Shown piece after piece: positions 1-9,654 of a DNA stretch of 64,000 nucleotides. The notes under the pieces were generated by a model that saw nothing but the letters and a program-made list of their open reading frames with translations, was not told where the DNA came from and ran no database searches. The position numbers were made by a program, and so were the translations under genes. The DNA lies in contig OZ024740.1 in the NCBI GenBank assembly GCA_964016885.1, positions 28,830,001-28,894,000 on the forward strand, written 5' to 3'. Position 1 is the stretch's first letter. The number at the start of each line of letters is the position of its first letter. This stretch comes from Eledone cirrhosa (lineage: Eukaryota).

Positions 1-240
1 GAGACCCAGATGTTTTTGCAGCAGAACGACAACCCCACCCCCACCTCCGGGCTGACAGAGAGATGCGTGCATCTCAAAGTCATCAAAGGTGGGGGCCAGC
101 TGTCGCACGTTGCTGATCCGAGCCTCGCAAATAACCATCACATCTATACGTTGTGACCTGAGGTCATTTAGAAGCATTGCTTGCTTCCAAGTTGAGCCCA
201 GGCCAGGCGCATTTAGACAGCTTACTCTTAGCATAGCCAT
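1..240 (-). CDS. N-terminus of LINE ORF2 (AP-endonuclease domain), partial
   Basis: Manual translation from ATG at 240: MAMLRVSCLNAPGLGSTWKQAMLLNDLRSQRIDVMVICEARISNVRQLAPTFDDFEMHASLCQPGGGGGVVVLLQKHLGL; has the APE N.RG-like and (Q/C)E motifs; homologous to 6413-6643. Confidence 0.85.
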   Translation of the reverse strand, partial: MAMLRVSCLNAPGLGSTWKQAMLLNDLRSQRIDVMVICEARISNVRQLAPTFDDFEMHASLCQPGGGGGVVVLLQKHLGL

Positions 241-1551
241 GTTGGTGGTGAAGAGAAAAGGCATTTACCTCTCTGTGTCCCGGGTAACGGGCCGCACAAT
301 TTCCATGAGGGTGGGGTATTGGTTGTTGGGTGGGGTGGTGGTTTGTGGAAGTGTAGGGGCATCAGTGTGTTGTGTGGTTGGGGTGTTTGGAGTTGTGTGG
401 GTGTTTGGGGAGGGGGTGGGGTAGTTTTTTAGGGGGACGTGGTTAATGGGCCCGACGCAGGGGGGACCACGTCCTCTTTAAAGTTGTCTTTTAGAGTTTT
501 ATAAGTGTCCCTTGGGGCCTTAATCATTTTGAGGTGGGGGTAATCCCCTGCCTGGGTGAAGTTAGGCCCTTGGGTTTTTAATAAATTGTTGTTGTACACA
601 ATGTTTAACAGTTTTTTGTTTCTTGTGTTTATGTATGTGTATGCATGTTATTGTTTTTGTGTGGTGTTTTTTGTTTGTTGTTGTTGTGTGCTCTTTTGTG
701 TTGGTGTCAGTGTTATGTTTTGGGGAGGGGTTGTTTTCATTTGTGTGTCTGAGGTGTGTTTTCTTTTTTTTCTTTTGATTGTGTGGAAGTGCTCCTCCTC
801 GTCTGACGACGAACGAGGGTCATCTTCCGCGTTGGAGGGTAGGGGTATATTTTCGGGTTGTGTTTGCGGTGCGGGTCTTTTGGGAATTGTTTTTTTTTTA
901 GTGGGGGGAATGGGTTGGACATTGTTTTGTTTTGGTTTGAGCTGTGGTTGTTGTTTTTGTAGTGGTGGTTGTGGTGGTTGAGTTGGTTGTGCAGTTGTTG
1001 GTGGTGTAGGCAGGATTGGGATTTTCTTACTAAGTTGGGGACAGACAGCCCTCAGGTGACCTCTAGTTCCACATAGGTAACACGAGGGCCGCCTACTCTC
1101 AACAGTAATGTTGATGAAAGTTTGATCATCCAGTATGACGCGTTCAGGGATCTGGGCGATCCTTTCGGGTCTCATTCGAACTACAAGTTCAAGGCTCGTT
1201 CCATTGAACGCGTCACCTGATGCCTTTCCCATGGACACCAGCGTGTCATCATCCAGGTTCAGGAAACCTGTCAAAGCCCACCATATGTCCATAATCGGCA
1301 GGATGGTGTGGATTTTTATTTTTTGTGTCCTTCAACCCATGTACGTAGGGTAGAAGGTGTATGCGGTGGATGTAATAGGTTTTATGGACAGTTTCACTGC
1401 TGTGTCCCTGTCCTTCAATAGAATGGATAGACTCCCGTAGAGTCTATCCTTATGGATGAATGTGATGTCTTTCATGACGTCTTTTAAAACCAGCTCTATC
1501 TCACTCTGTGGTGGTTGAGCTGGTTGTTTGCTTTTATTTGAGATTATCCTT
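241..1551 (-). pseudogene. Disrupted ORF1 (gag-like, CCHC zinc knuckle) of copy A
   Basis: ORF pieces 1332-1551 and 648-1292 plus an in-frame continuation below 648 align with ORF1 of copy C; stops at ~1332, ~648 and ~479 and a frameshift in an A-run at ~1320. Confidence 0.85.
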
Positions 1552-1564
1552 TTATTTGAGAGAG

Positions 1565-1565
<1 letters not shown>

Positions 1566-1618
<53 letters not shown>
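1566..1618 (+). repeat. (GATA)n microsatellite between LINE copies A and B
   Basis: Pure AGAT/GATA tandem, about 13 units. Confidence 0.97.
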
Positions 1619-1619
<1 letters not shown>

Positions 1620-1800
1620 CTTTCTTTTTATTTGCCACCAGGGCATCAAAAGTGGGAAAAGTACAAAGGGGGGAGTTTACATGCAAAGGTGTCCTCAATA
1701 TGGAGGAGGCAATAACAAGATATAAAAGTATAAAAATAAAATAAAATATAACAAAATAAATTTTGTAACAAAATCTTCAATAGGGAGGAGGCGCCATATG

Positions 1801-1868
1801 GGGTCGCACACACCCCCGAAAAAAAGTGTGCAACCCTTCTCCTCAGGAGCACAGAGAGGGGGTGCTCC
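1801..1868 (-). other. Conserved double stem-loop in the LINE 3' UTR (also at 3121-3190, 8844-8910, 9796-9860)
   Basis: Sense-strand stems GGAGCAC/GTGCTCC and GGGTTGCACAC/GTGTGCGACCC, with compensatory changes between copies. Confidence 0.75.
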
Positions 1869-1890
1869 CTTGGTCTTTCATCTTCCTCAC

Positions 1891-2946
1891 CTATAGTCTG
1901 ATGTAGAGTGAAGGCCCATTCACACGGGCCATTCTCGCCACTTTCACCATCTTTCATAAAAATGGCTGGGGTGCAGCACCTCTCTCTCCATCCTGATCCT
2001 TCTTCCGAAATGATATCGGAAAAAACAGACCAGTTGTTGGCCAGAGAGAAAGGTGTCTGACCTCAGTCCTTTCAGACGCGTCCGCCATACAACCTCATTC
2101 GCCATGGCTATTACGCACAGAAACACCGCCTCTCCTTCGTTTTTGAAAAGGGGAGGCGGCTTGATCGTTACAATAGACTCGGTGGTCAACCGGATCGGTC
2201 CAACCCTTGACAGCAGTTGTTCGGCATAGCCCCACAGATCGGCAATGCCCGAGCAGTGTACCAATCCGTGTGCAACGGTTTCCTCGTCGCACACGCATCT
2301 GGGACAGATCTTTTTCGAGGGGTCCCTACCCGGGCGTCAGTGTCTGTAGAGCCTTTCTCGAATGGGCAGAGCCCCTCGGTAGCACTGTCAGGCCAGGGAC
2401 CTCTGGAAGTTATCCATGGGTCCCGGGCTGAATGTCCTACCGAACAGGTTGGCCAGTTCGACTTCCTCCATGCCTAGGGCTTCTCCGAGGGCGTCGTCGT
2501 ACCTGCTAACCACCAGCCCTCTATAGAATGACGAGCTGGATTCTCCACTGACAGCCGGGTCCACCTGCCAGAGAGCCGTGAGCGCCTGGGCACACTCGGT
2601 GTGCCAGGCGCCCAGTTTTCTCGGTCTTTGCTTGACCCAGGATTGCAGCTCGGTGAGTGAGCCGAGTCTGTGAAAGGCTCGCCTCTCAAACGGGGCCCAC
2701 ACCAGTTGACCGGTGAGGAATACCTGGAGGTGCCGTAACCTTAATGCGTGTTTACGCATCATTAGCCACGGCATCCCCAGCCCTCCTTTCGAAGGGTGTT
2801 GACAGCAGATGGATCTCCTCACCATAGAAGCCCGCTTCTTCCAGAGGAATTGGAAGAGTGCGCGTTCCATTTTGGCGAGCGTTTCCCTTGGGCAAGGCAC
2901 GACGGTCAGGCGGTAGTAGATGACGGACGCTATATAAGTTTCGTCA
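1891..2946 (-). pseudogene. ORF2 C-terminal remnant (post-RT region and C-terminal CCHC zinc finger) of copy B
   Basis: ORF pieces 2388-2900 and 1944-2294 (ICCQHPSKGGLGMP; EETVAHGLVHC) separated by premature TGA stops. Confidence 0.88.
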
Positions 2947-2978
2947 GACAGAAAGATAGTTAGATAGATAGATAGATA
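2947..2978 (+). repeat. Degenerate (GATA)n between copies B and C
   Basis: gacagaaagatagttagatagatagatagata. Confidence 0.92.
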
Positions 2979-3210
2979 AATTTCTATTTATTTGCCACGA
3001 GGGTACAAAAGAAGGGGACATTTACACAGTGGGGGAGTTTACATAAATCGAGTAAAGAAAAAAGGAATAACAATAATAATATAACAATAAAAAGTCCTCA
3101 AAAGGGAGGGGGCGTGTTGGGGATTGCACATACCCCCGAAAAGTGTGCAACTCTTTTCGCGGGGGAAGCCCAGAGAGGAGGCGCTCCCCCTTTCCTCTTC
3201 ACTTCTTCAC

Positions 3211-6200
3211 CTACAGAACAATGTAGAGAGAAGGCCCATTTACACGGGCCATTCTCGCTTCTTTCACCCACCTTTCATAAAACTGTCTGGGACCAAGCAC
3301 TTCTCTCTCCATCCTGATCCTTCTTCCGAAGTGGTATCGGAAGAAGTAAACCAGGTGATGGCCGGAGAGAAAGTCACCCGACCTCAGACCTTTCAGGCGC
3401 GTCCACCACACAACCTCTTTCATCATGGCTATTACGCACAGAAAGACCGCCTCTGCTTCATTTCTGAAGGGAGGAGGCGGCTTGATGTTCACCACAGTCT
3501 CGGCGGTTAATCGAATCGGCGCCACACGCGACAGCAGTCGTTCGACGTAGCCCCACAGATCGGCAACGCCCGGGCAGTGTACCAGTGCATGCGCAACGGT
3601 TTCCTCGTCGCGCACGCATCTGGGACAGATCTTTTTCGCGGGATCCCTGCCCGGGCGCCCGTGTCTGTAGAGATTTTCTCGAACGGGCAGAGCCCCCCGG
3701 TAACACTGCCAGGCTAGGGACCTCTGGAAGTTGTCCATGGGTCCCGGGCCGAAAGTTCTACCGAACAGGCTGGCCAGTTCGTCCTCCTCCATGCCTAGCG
3801 ACTCTCCAAGGGTGTCGTCGCCCCTGCTAGCCACCAACCCTCTATAGAATGTCGAGGTGGATTCTCCACTGACAGTCGGGTCCGCTTGCCAGATAGCCGT
3901 GATTGCCTGGGCACACTCGGTGTGCCAGTTGCCCAGTTTTCTCGGTCTTTGCTTCACCCAGGATTGCAGTTCGGTGAGCGAGACGAGCTGTGGGAAGGCT
4001 CGCCTCACAAACGGAGCCCACACCGGCTGACCGTTGAGGAATACCTGTAGATGCCGTAGCCTCAATGCGTGCCTACGCATCAACAGCCACGGCATACCCA
4101 GCCCTCCTTTCGAAGGGTGCTGGCAGCAGATGGATCTCCTCACCATGGGAGGCCGCTTCTTCCAGAGGAACTGGAAGAGCATGCGTTCCATGATGGTGAG
4201 CTTTTCCTTGGGGCAAGGCACGACGGTCAGGCGGTAGTAGATGACGGACGCTATGTAAGCGTTCGTCACCTCCGCCCGACCTTTCAGTGATAGTTTGCAC
4301 TTGGCCCACTTCTGGGTCAGCGCAAACACCCTGCTCGTCACCTCGCCCCAATTCTTCTCCACCTGGAGGTCCGGTCCGAACCAGACCCCGAGCAGCTTCA
4401 CCGGGCCCTCCGTCCGCCGCCCGACGACACCGTCTAACGGCATCGGTTTGCCCCTCCACGTTCCGAGTTGCAAACCGACTGACTTGTCCTGGTTCAGCTT
4501 AGCCCCCGTCAGCCTTTCGTATTCCTCCAGTAGGGTGGCGATCGCCCCGATTTCCGAGGCGTCCGCCACCATTACTGTTACGTCGTCGGCATAGGCCGAG
4601 ACCGCTTTGTGCAATCCCGGTTCCAGGGGTATGCCCCGCAGCAACTCCAACTTCCGCAGCAGTGGCTCGAGAGTCAATACGTACAGAAGGGAGGAGAGGG
4701 GCACCCCTGTCTGATGGATCGGGTGATTTGAAACGGCTCCGAGAGGTAGCCGTTTACTTTAATCCTAGAGTAGATGTTGCCACTGTGCATGGCAGAAATC
4801 CAGCCCCTGAAAACGGGTCCGAAGCCTGCCGCCGCTAGCACCGCATCCAGGTAACCATGGTCGACCCTATCGAACGCCTTAGATTGATCCAAGTTGATCA
4901 GGGCCCCACCAAAGCCGGGTTCGTAGCCAACCCTCTCTATGATGTATCGCATGAGGTGGAGGTTGTCGTGAATGGACCTGGATGGGATAGCTCATGTCTA
5001 CGCGTCTCCCACCAAACCACTCACCACAAGCGCCAACCTCTTCGCCAACACCTTGGCCAAAATCTGTAACTCTGCATTCAGCAGAGTTATGGGCCTAAAG
5101 TTACTTAAGTCATCCCCCTTGCTCTCGTCCTTCCTCACTAGCGTGACCACGCCCTTGGTCACAGAACAGGGAATTCTCCCGTTCTGTTGCCAGTTGCAAT
5201 AGACAGCCTCGAGGAGTTCGGAGAACAAGACCGGCATAGCTAAATAAAGTTCGTATGGTAGACCATCGAGACCCGGGGATTTGCGTCTGCTGCATTGGCT
5301 GAGCGCTTCCCCGATTTCAGTGGCTGTGATTGGCCTTTCGCAGAACTCCGCTTCGCCGCTCGAAAGACGCGGTAGACCGTCGAGGTATGGACCGAAGTCC
5401 ACATCCCCGTCCGGCCCCCCGCCACCTCCGAACAGTCGAGCAAAGTGCCTTTGAAAGGCCTCGCACATTCGCTCAGGTTCAAGGATCACCCGTCCATCCT
5501 GGTCTCGCAAAGACCGAATGGTGGATTTAATCCCACTCTTGGCTTCTGTCACGCGGGCCCAGCTAACAGCTTTGGTCCCCTCGTTTCCTAAAGCACGTAT
5601 TTTACTTCGGACAACGCAGCCTTCGTGCTTCGCGTCAAATACTGGCTCAACGCCGTTCTCGTCGCTAACACTCTGGCTACGTCTCCGCTCCTAATCGCCT
5701 CTTCTAGTTTATCTGTTAACTCCCTTTCCTTCCTATTTCTATTCGCCGCTAGTTCCTTTCTGTAACCTATCGAACTTACTCTAATCTCTCTCTTTAGAGA
5801 TACCCACCACCTACTGTTGACGATCGCTCCCGTCAACCGCATCTTAACTAAGCTACTAATCCGGTTTCTGTAATCTTTCTTTGTCGGTAAGGACAAGTTC
5901 ATCTTCCAGTAACCGGGACCCTGTCTATGCGTTCTATCAAGGTTGACCACGCAGGTCACTAATTTGTGATCTGAATAGCCAACTATGATCAGTTCTGGAC
6001 AACTAAATACGTCCCTATCCTTACTCCTAACCAAAAACCTATCTAGGTACGATCTAGATTGTTCACTGCGGTTTGCCCAGGTCCAGGTTGGCGCAGTTGG
6101 ACAATCTAGTCGAAATCTATCGACCAGGTCGAATCGATCGAGTAACCCGTTGAGGCCGCTACACCCCCCTCTATCGGGACATGCCCCTGCATAGTCCCAA

Positions 6201-6652
6201 CGCGCATCTAGGATTCCATTCCAGTCCCCCACTAAAAGCAGGGAACGCGACGTTCCTAGAAAAGTCTCCAGACGCTGGAAGAAGTCGGCTCTTTCCGACC
6301 CGAAGGGAGCATAAAGACCGACCAGTCTGAAAGCCCCAGCCTTCACCGCCTCCGACGTCCAGCACCAGTAATCGACCCCCCGGGTCCGAGTGAACAATCT
6401 GTACGTCGAGAGTCAGACGTTTATCCAGCAGTACGGCAACTCGCCCCCCCCCCCGCCTCCGGGTTGACAGAGAGATGCGTGCATCTCAAAGTCATCGAAG
6501 GCGGGCGCCAGCTGTCTCACGCTGCTGATCCGACTCTCGCAAACAACCATCACATCTATACTTTGTGACCTGAGGTCACTTAGAAGCTTTGCTTGCTTCC
6601 AAGCTGAGCCCAGGCCACGCGCGTTCAAACAGCCAACTCTCAATTGATCTAT
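3211..6652 (-). pseudogene. ORF2 (AP endonuclease, reverse transcriptase, CCHC zinc finger) of copy C, disrupted
   Basis: APE motifs CLNARGL, VGDWN, SYLDRFLV, YSDH; RT motifs SPGLDGLP, FRPITLLN, LDQSKAFDRVDH, RQGCP, YADD, LLGV; zinc finger CPRCVRDEETVAHALVHC; frameshifts at ~6450, ~5630 and ~4700 and stops at ~4992-5000; probable start ATG>ATA at 6652. Confidence 0.95.
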
Positions 6653-8480
6653 TTTGGTGTTGAAAGTGAAGAAAGAAAAGCACTTACCTCTCCGGGTTGC
6701 GTAATTTCCATGGCATCAGGTGTGTTGGGTGGAGGGATGTTTTGTGGTGGTGTGGGGGTACACGTGTGTGGTGGGGTTGGGGTATTTGGAGTTGTGTCAG
6801 GGAGAGGGGCGGTTATGGGGAAATCTTTCAAGAGGACGCGATTCAACGGTTTTAAACAGGGGGGGCTCACGTCCCGTCTAAATTGTTCTTTTAAGGAACG
6901 ATAAAGGTCCAGAGGGACCTTTATCATTTTTAAATGGGTGAAGTTCTCTGTTGAGATAAAGTTTGGCCCTTCGGTCTGCACCATAGGGTTATTGTTTATT
7001 AATTTAACCAGTTTTTTGTTTTCTTTATTTATATATGTGTATTGCAACGTCTTTTTTTGTGATGCTGTCAATGTTTCGGAGAGGGGAGGCGCAGATTTAT
7101 TTTTGTTTGTTGAGGGTGGGGTGTTTTTGATTGGAGTTGGTGTTTGTGTGTGGGTTATTTGTGGTGTGCTGGGTGTGTGTTTTCTTTTTTTTCTTTTAAC
7201 TTGTCTGAAGGCTTCTCCTCTTTCTTCTTCAGAAGTTGGGGGAAACTCTTCAGCGCTAGGTGGGAGGGACGTGTTGTGTGGTTGTTTTTTTTTGCGGGAG
7301 GGGTAGATTTGTTACTGTTTTTTTATTTATTTGTTTGGAATGGGTTTTGTGGTGGTGGTGGTAATGTTTGTGTCGTGCTTGTGGTTGGTGATGGTGGTGG
7401 TGATGTTTGTGTTGTGGTTGGTGGTGGTGATTTTTGTGCCGTGCTTGTGTTTGGTGCTGGTGGTGGTGATGTTTGTGTTGTGTTTGTGGTTGGTGGTGTC
7501 TGTATTTTGTTTGCTGTGTGTGGTATTAGTGTATTTTTGGAGGTGGGTGGTGTTGGTGTACTGTTTGTGGTGGGTGTGAGCAATAGTCCTTTTTGGGGGA
7601 TACGTTTCGGGCAGTTAGCCTTAACGTGTCCCCTTTCCATGCATAAATAGCATGCTGGTCTTCTCCCCTCTACAATTATGTCTATTGGGGTAAGGTCATC
7701 CAGCCAGATGCGATCCGGGATTTGTGCTATTCTTTCGGGCCTCATTTGGACTAGTATATCGAGGCCCATTCCCAGGAACGCATCTCCAGTTGCCTTCCCC
7801 ATTGACAGCATTGTGTCTTCGCCCATATCTATGAAGCCAGCAATAGCCCACCAGAAGTCCATTGTGGGCAGCATTGTTTTTACTTTTACTCTCTGTGTTC
7901 TTCTACCCATGTAGGAGGGATAGAAGCTATATGTTGTCGATGAGAGTGGGCTTAGGGAAAGCTTCTCCGCCGTTTCCTTGTCTCTTGTTAGGACCGAAAT
8001 GCTGCCATAGAGTCGGTCCTTTCGTATGAAGAGAATATTCTTCATATAGTCTTTTAGGACTAACTCTATTTCCATTTGGCTGGGCTGTGCTGGCTTTCTT
8101 GTCTGGTTCAGTATAGTTCTGTAGAGAACTGTGCTTTCTGTTCTGGCTTTCTTGAATTCTGGGGGGGAGTTAATGGAAAACATTCCGTTCTCCCCCAAAA
8201 CAATGTGTTTCTTTGCTTCGGCCAGTTTTTCTCTGGCGGCAGTTAGGTCAATTGGTGTGTATGTAATGGATTGTTTTGTTTTCTGGGCGAAAGTTGCCCT
8301 GTTGTTATTTGTATTATTTTCTGTTTGTTTGTTTTCTGTTTGCTCATTTTCCTTAACATTTGTTTTTTCATTTTCTTTGTTTGTTTCATTGTCTAATTTT
8401 GTTGTAATTATTTTTTGTTCTTCAGACTTGGGGGGCGTGGCAGAGCTAATGGCAGACATGTCTGCCATCTTTTCCGCCAT
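6649..8480 (-). pseudogene. ORF1 (gag-like nucleic-acid-binding protein) of copy C, with premature stop/frameshift near 7290-7325
   Basis: ATG at 8480 (MAEKMADMS); IIVEGRRPACYLCMERGHVKANC = CX2CX4HX4C knuckle; P/T-rich linker; KRKKRKH basic motif; C-terminal part 6649-7071 homologous to copy A. Confidence 0.88.
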
Positions 8481-8682
8481 GCTGCCAAGAAAGAAATTTT
8501 TCGGCAAAAATAGATATTTATTTTACCCCCTAAAAAGGGGGTAAATGCAAAAATGTTTCCCTAAAAAACAGGGGTTAGTGTTCCAAATGTGTTGCACTGA
8601 AAAATTTATCCGGTACTTACAATAGTAAGGGTAAATCCCGATGGAATAGCGGAGCCGATGTGAAGCGTCTCTTACTCTATCA

Positions 8683-8698
8683 AGATAGATAGATAGAT
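8683..8698 (+). repeat. Short (GATA)n between copies C and D
   Basis: agatagatagatagat. Confidence 0.9.
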
Positions 8699-9292
8699 AT
8701 ATTTCTTTATTAGCCACAGGGGCACAAAAGAAGGGGACAAATACAAAGGGGGAAGTTTACATACAATAAAACGTGTAAAATATTATCACAAATGTAATTT
8801 AATAATTAGTCGATTTTCCCCAATAGGGGGAGACATTTCATATGGGTAACACATACCCCCGAAAAAAATGTGCAACCCTCATCTCCAGGAGTACGAAGAG
8901 TTTGTACTCCTTTCCTCTCCTCTTCTTTTTCCTCAACCTACAGGCTGATATAGAGAGAAGGCCCATTCACTCGGGCCATTCTCGCCACATTCACCCACCT
9001 TTCATAAAACTTGCTGGGGTACAGCACCCCTCTCTCCATCCTGATTCTTCTTCCAAAGTGGTATTTGAAAAAAAGAATCAGTTGTTGTCCGGAGAGAAAG
9101 GTGTCTGACCTCAGCCCTTTCAACCTTGTCCACCATACAACCTCTTTCGCCATAGCTATCACGCAAAGGAAAACCGCCTCTCCTTCGTTTTTGAAGGAGG
9201 GTGGCGGTTTGATCATGACAATGGACTCGGTGGTCAACCGGTTTGGTCCCACCCGCGACAATAGTCGTTCTACATAGCCCCACAGGTCAGTG
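8699..9292 (-). mobile_element. L1/Tx1 LINE copy D, 5'-truncated (~0.6 kb)
   Basis: ORF 8938-9261 is the ORF2 C-terminus (…RVNGPSLYISL*); 3' UTR homologous to copies B, C and E. Confidence 0.93.
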
Positions 9293-9553
9293 ATTGTATG
9301 TGTGTATTATTGTGTGCATATGTGTCTGTATGAATGCATGTAAGTGTGTGTTTCTCTGTATGTTTTGTGTGTGTATGTAAGATTCTATGAGTGCATATGC
9401 GTCTATGTTTGTGTGTATTATTGTGTGCTTATGTGTCTGTATGAGTGCATGTAAGTGAGTTTCTCTGTATGTTTTGTGTATGTGTATGTAAGTTTGTACT
9501 TCTGTATTTCAGTGTTTCTGAGCAAGTATGTTTGTGTGTCTGTGTGTCTGTGT
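9293..9553. repeat. TG-rich low-complexity segment with an internal ~111-bp-period duplication
   Basis: 9296-9381 resembles 9407-9492 (tgtgtattattgtgtgc…tttctctgtatgttttgtgt…gtatgtaag). Confidence 0.75.
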
Positions 9554-9562
9554 CAAGGAGGT

Positions 9563-9654
9563 GATAGATAGATAGATAGATATAAAGATAAATAGATAGA
9601 TATAGAGATAGATAGATAAATAGATAGATAGATAGAGAGAAAGATAGATAGATA
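9563..9654 (+). repeat. Degenerate (GATA)n at the 3' end of copy E
   Basis: GATA tandem with scattered substitutions. Confidence 0.95.

Larger units (their letters stand above)
1..1565 (-). mobile_element. L1/Tx1-clade LINE copy A; 5'-truncated within ORF1 and continuing beyond the left window edge
   Basis: ORF1 with zinc knuckle CYLCGTRGHLRAVC, followed by the start of an APE endonuclease; colinear with copy C (6400-8130); 5' end abuts (GATA)n at 1566. Confidence 0.92.
1619..2946 (-). mobile_element. L1/Tx1 LINE copy B, 5'-truncated (~1.3 kb: ORF2 C-terminus and 3' UTR)
   Basis: Colinear with copy C 2979-4268; ends ARVNGPSLYIRL* (TAG at 1891-1893); AATAAA just before (TATC)n. Confidence 0.93.
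2979..8682 (-). mobile_element. Apparently full-length (~5.7 kb) decayed L1/Tx1-clade LINE, copy C
   Basis: 5' UTR (~8481-8682), ORF1 with zinc knuckle, ORF2 APE-RT-zinc finger, 3' UTR with AATAAA; flanked by (GATA)n on both sides. Confidence 0.95.

Noticed and set aside
2979-8682. Target-site duplications and current activity of copy C
   Set aside because: TSDs cannot be resolved inside a microsatellite; both ORFs carry stops and frameshifts
8560-8682. HDV-like ribozyme at the LINE 5' end
   Set aside because: Could not fit the nested double-pseudoknot by eye; needs a covariance-model or motif search
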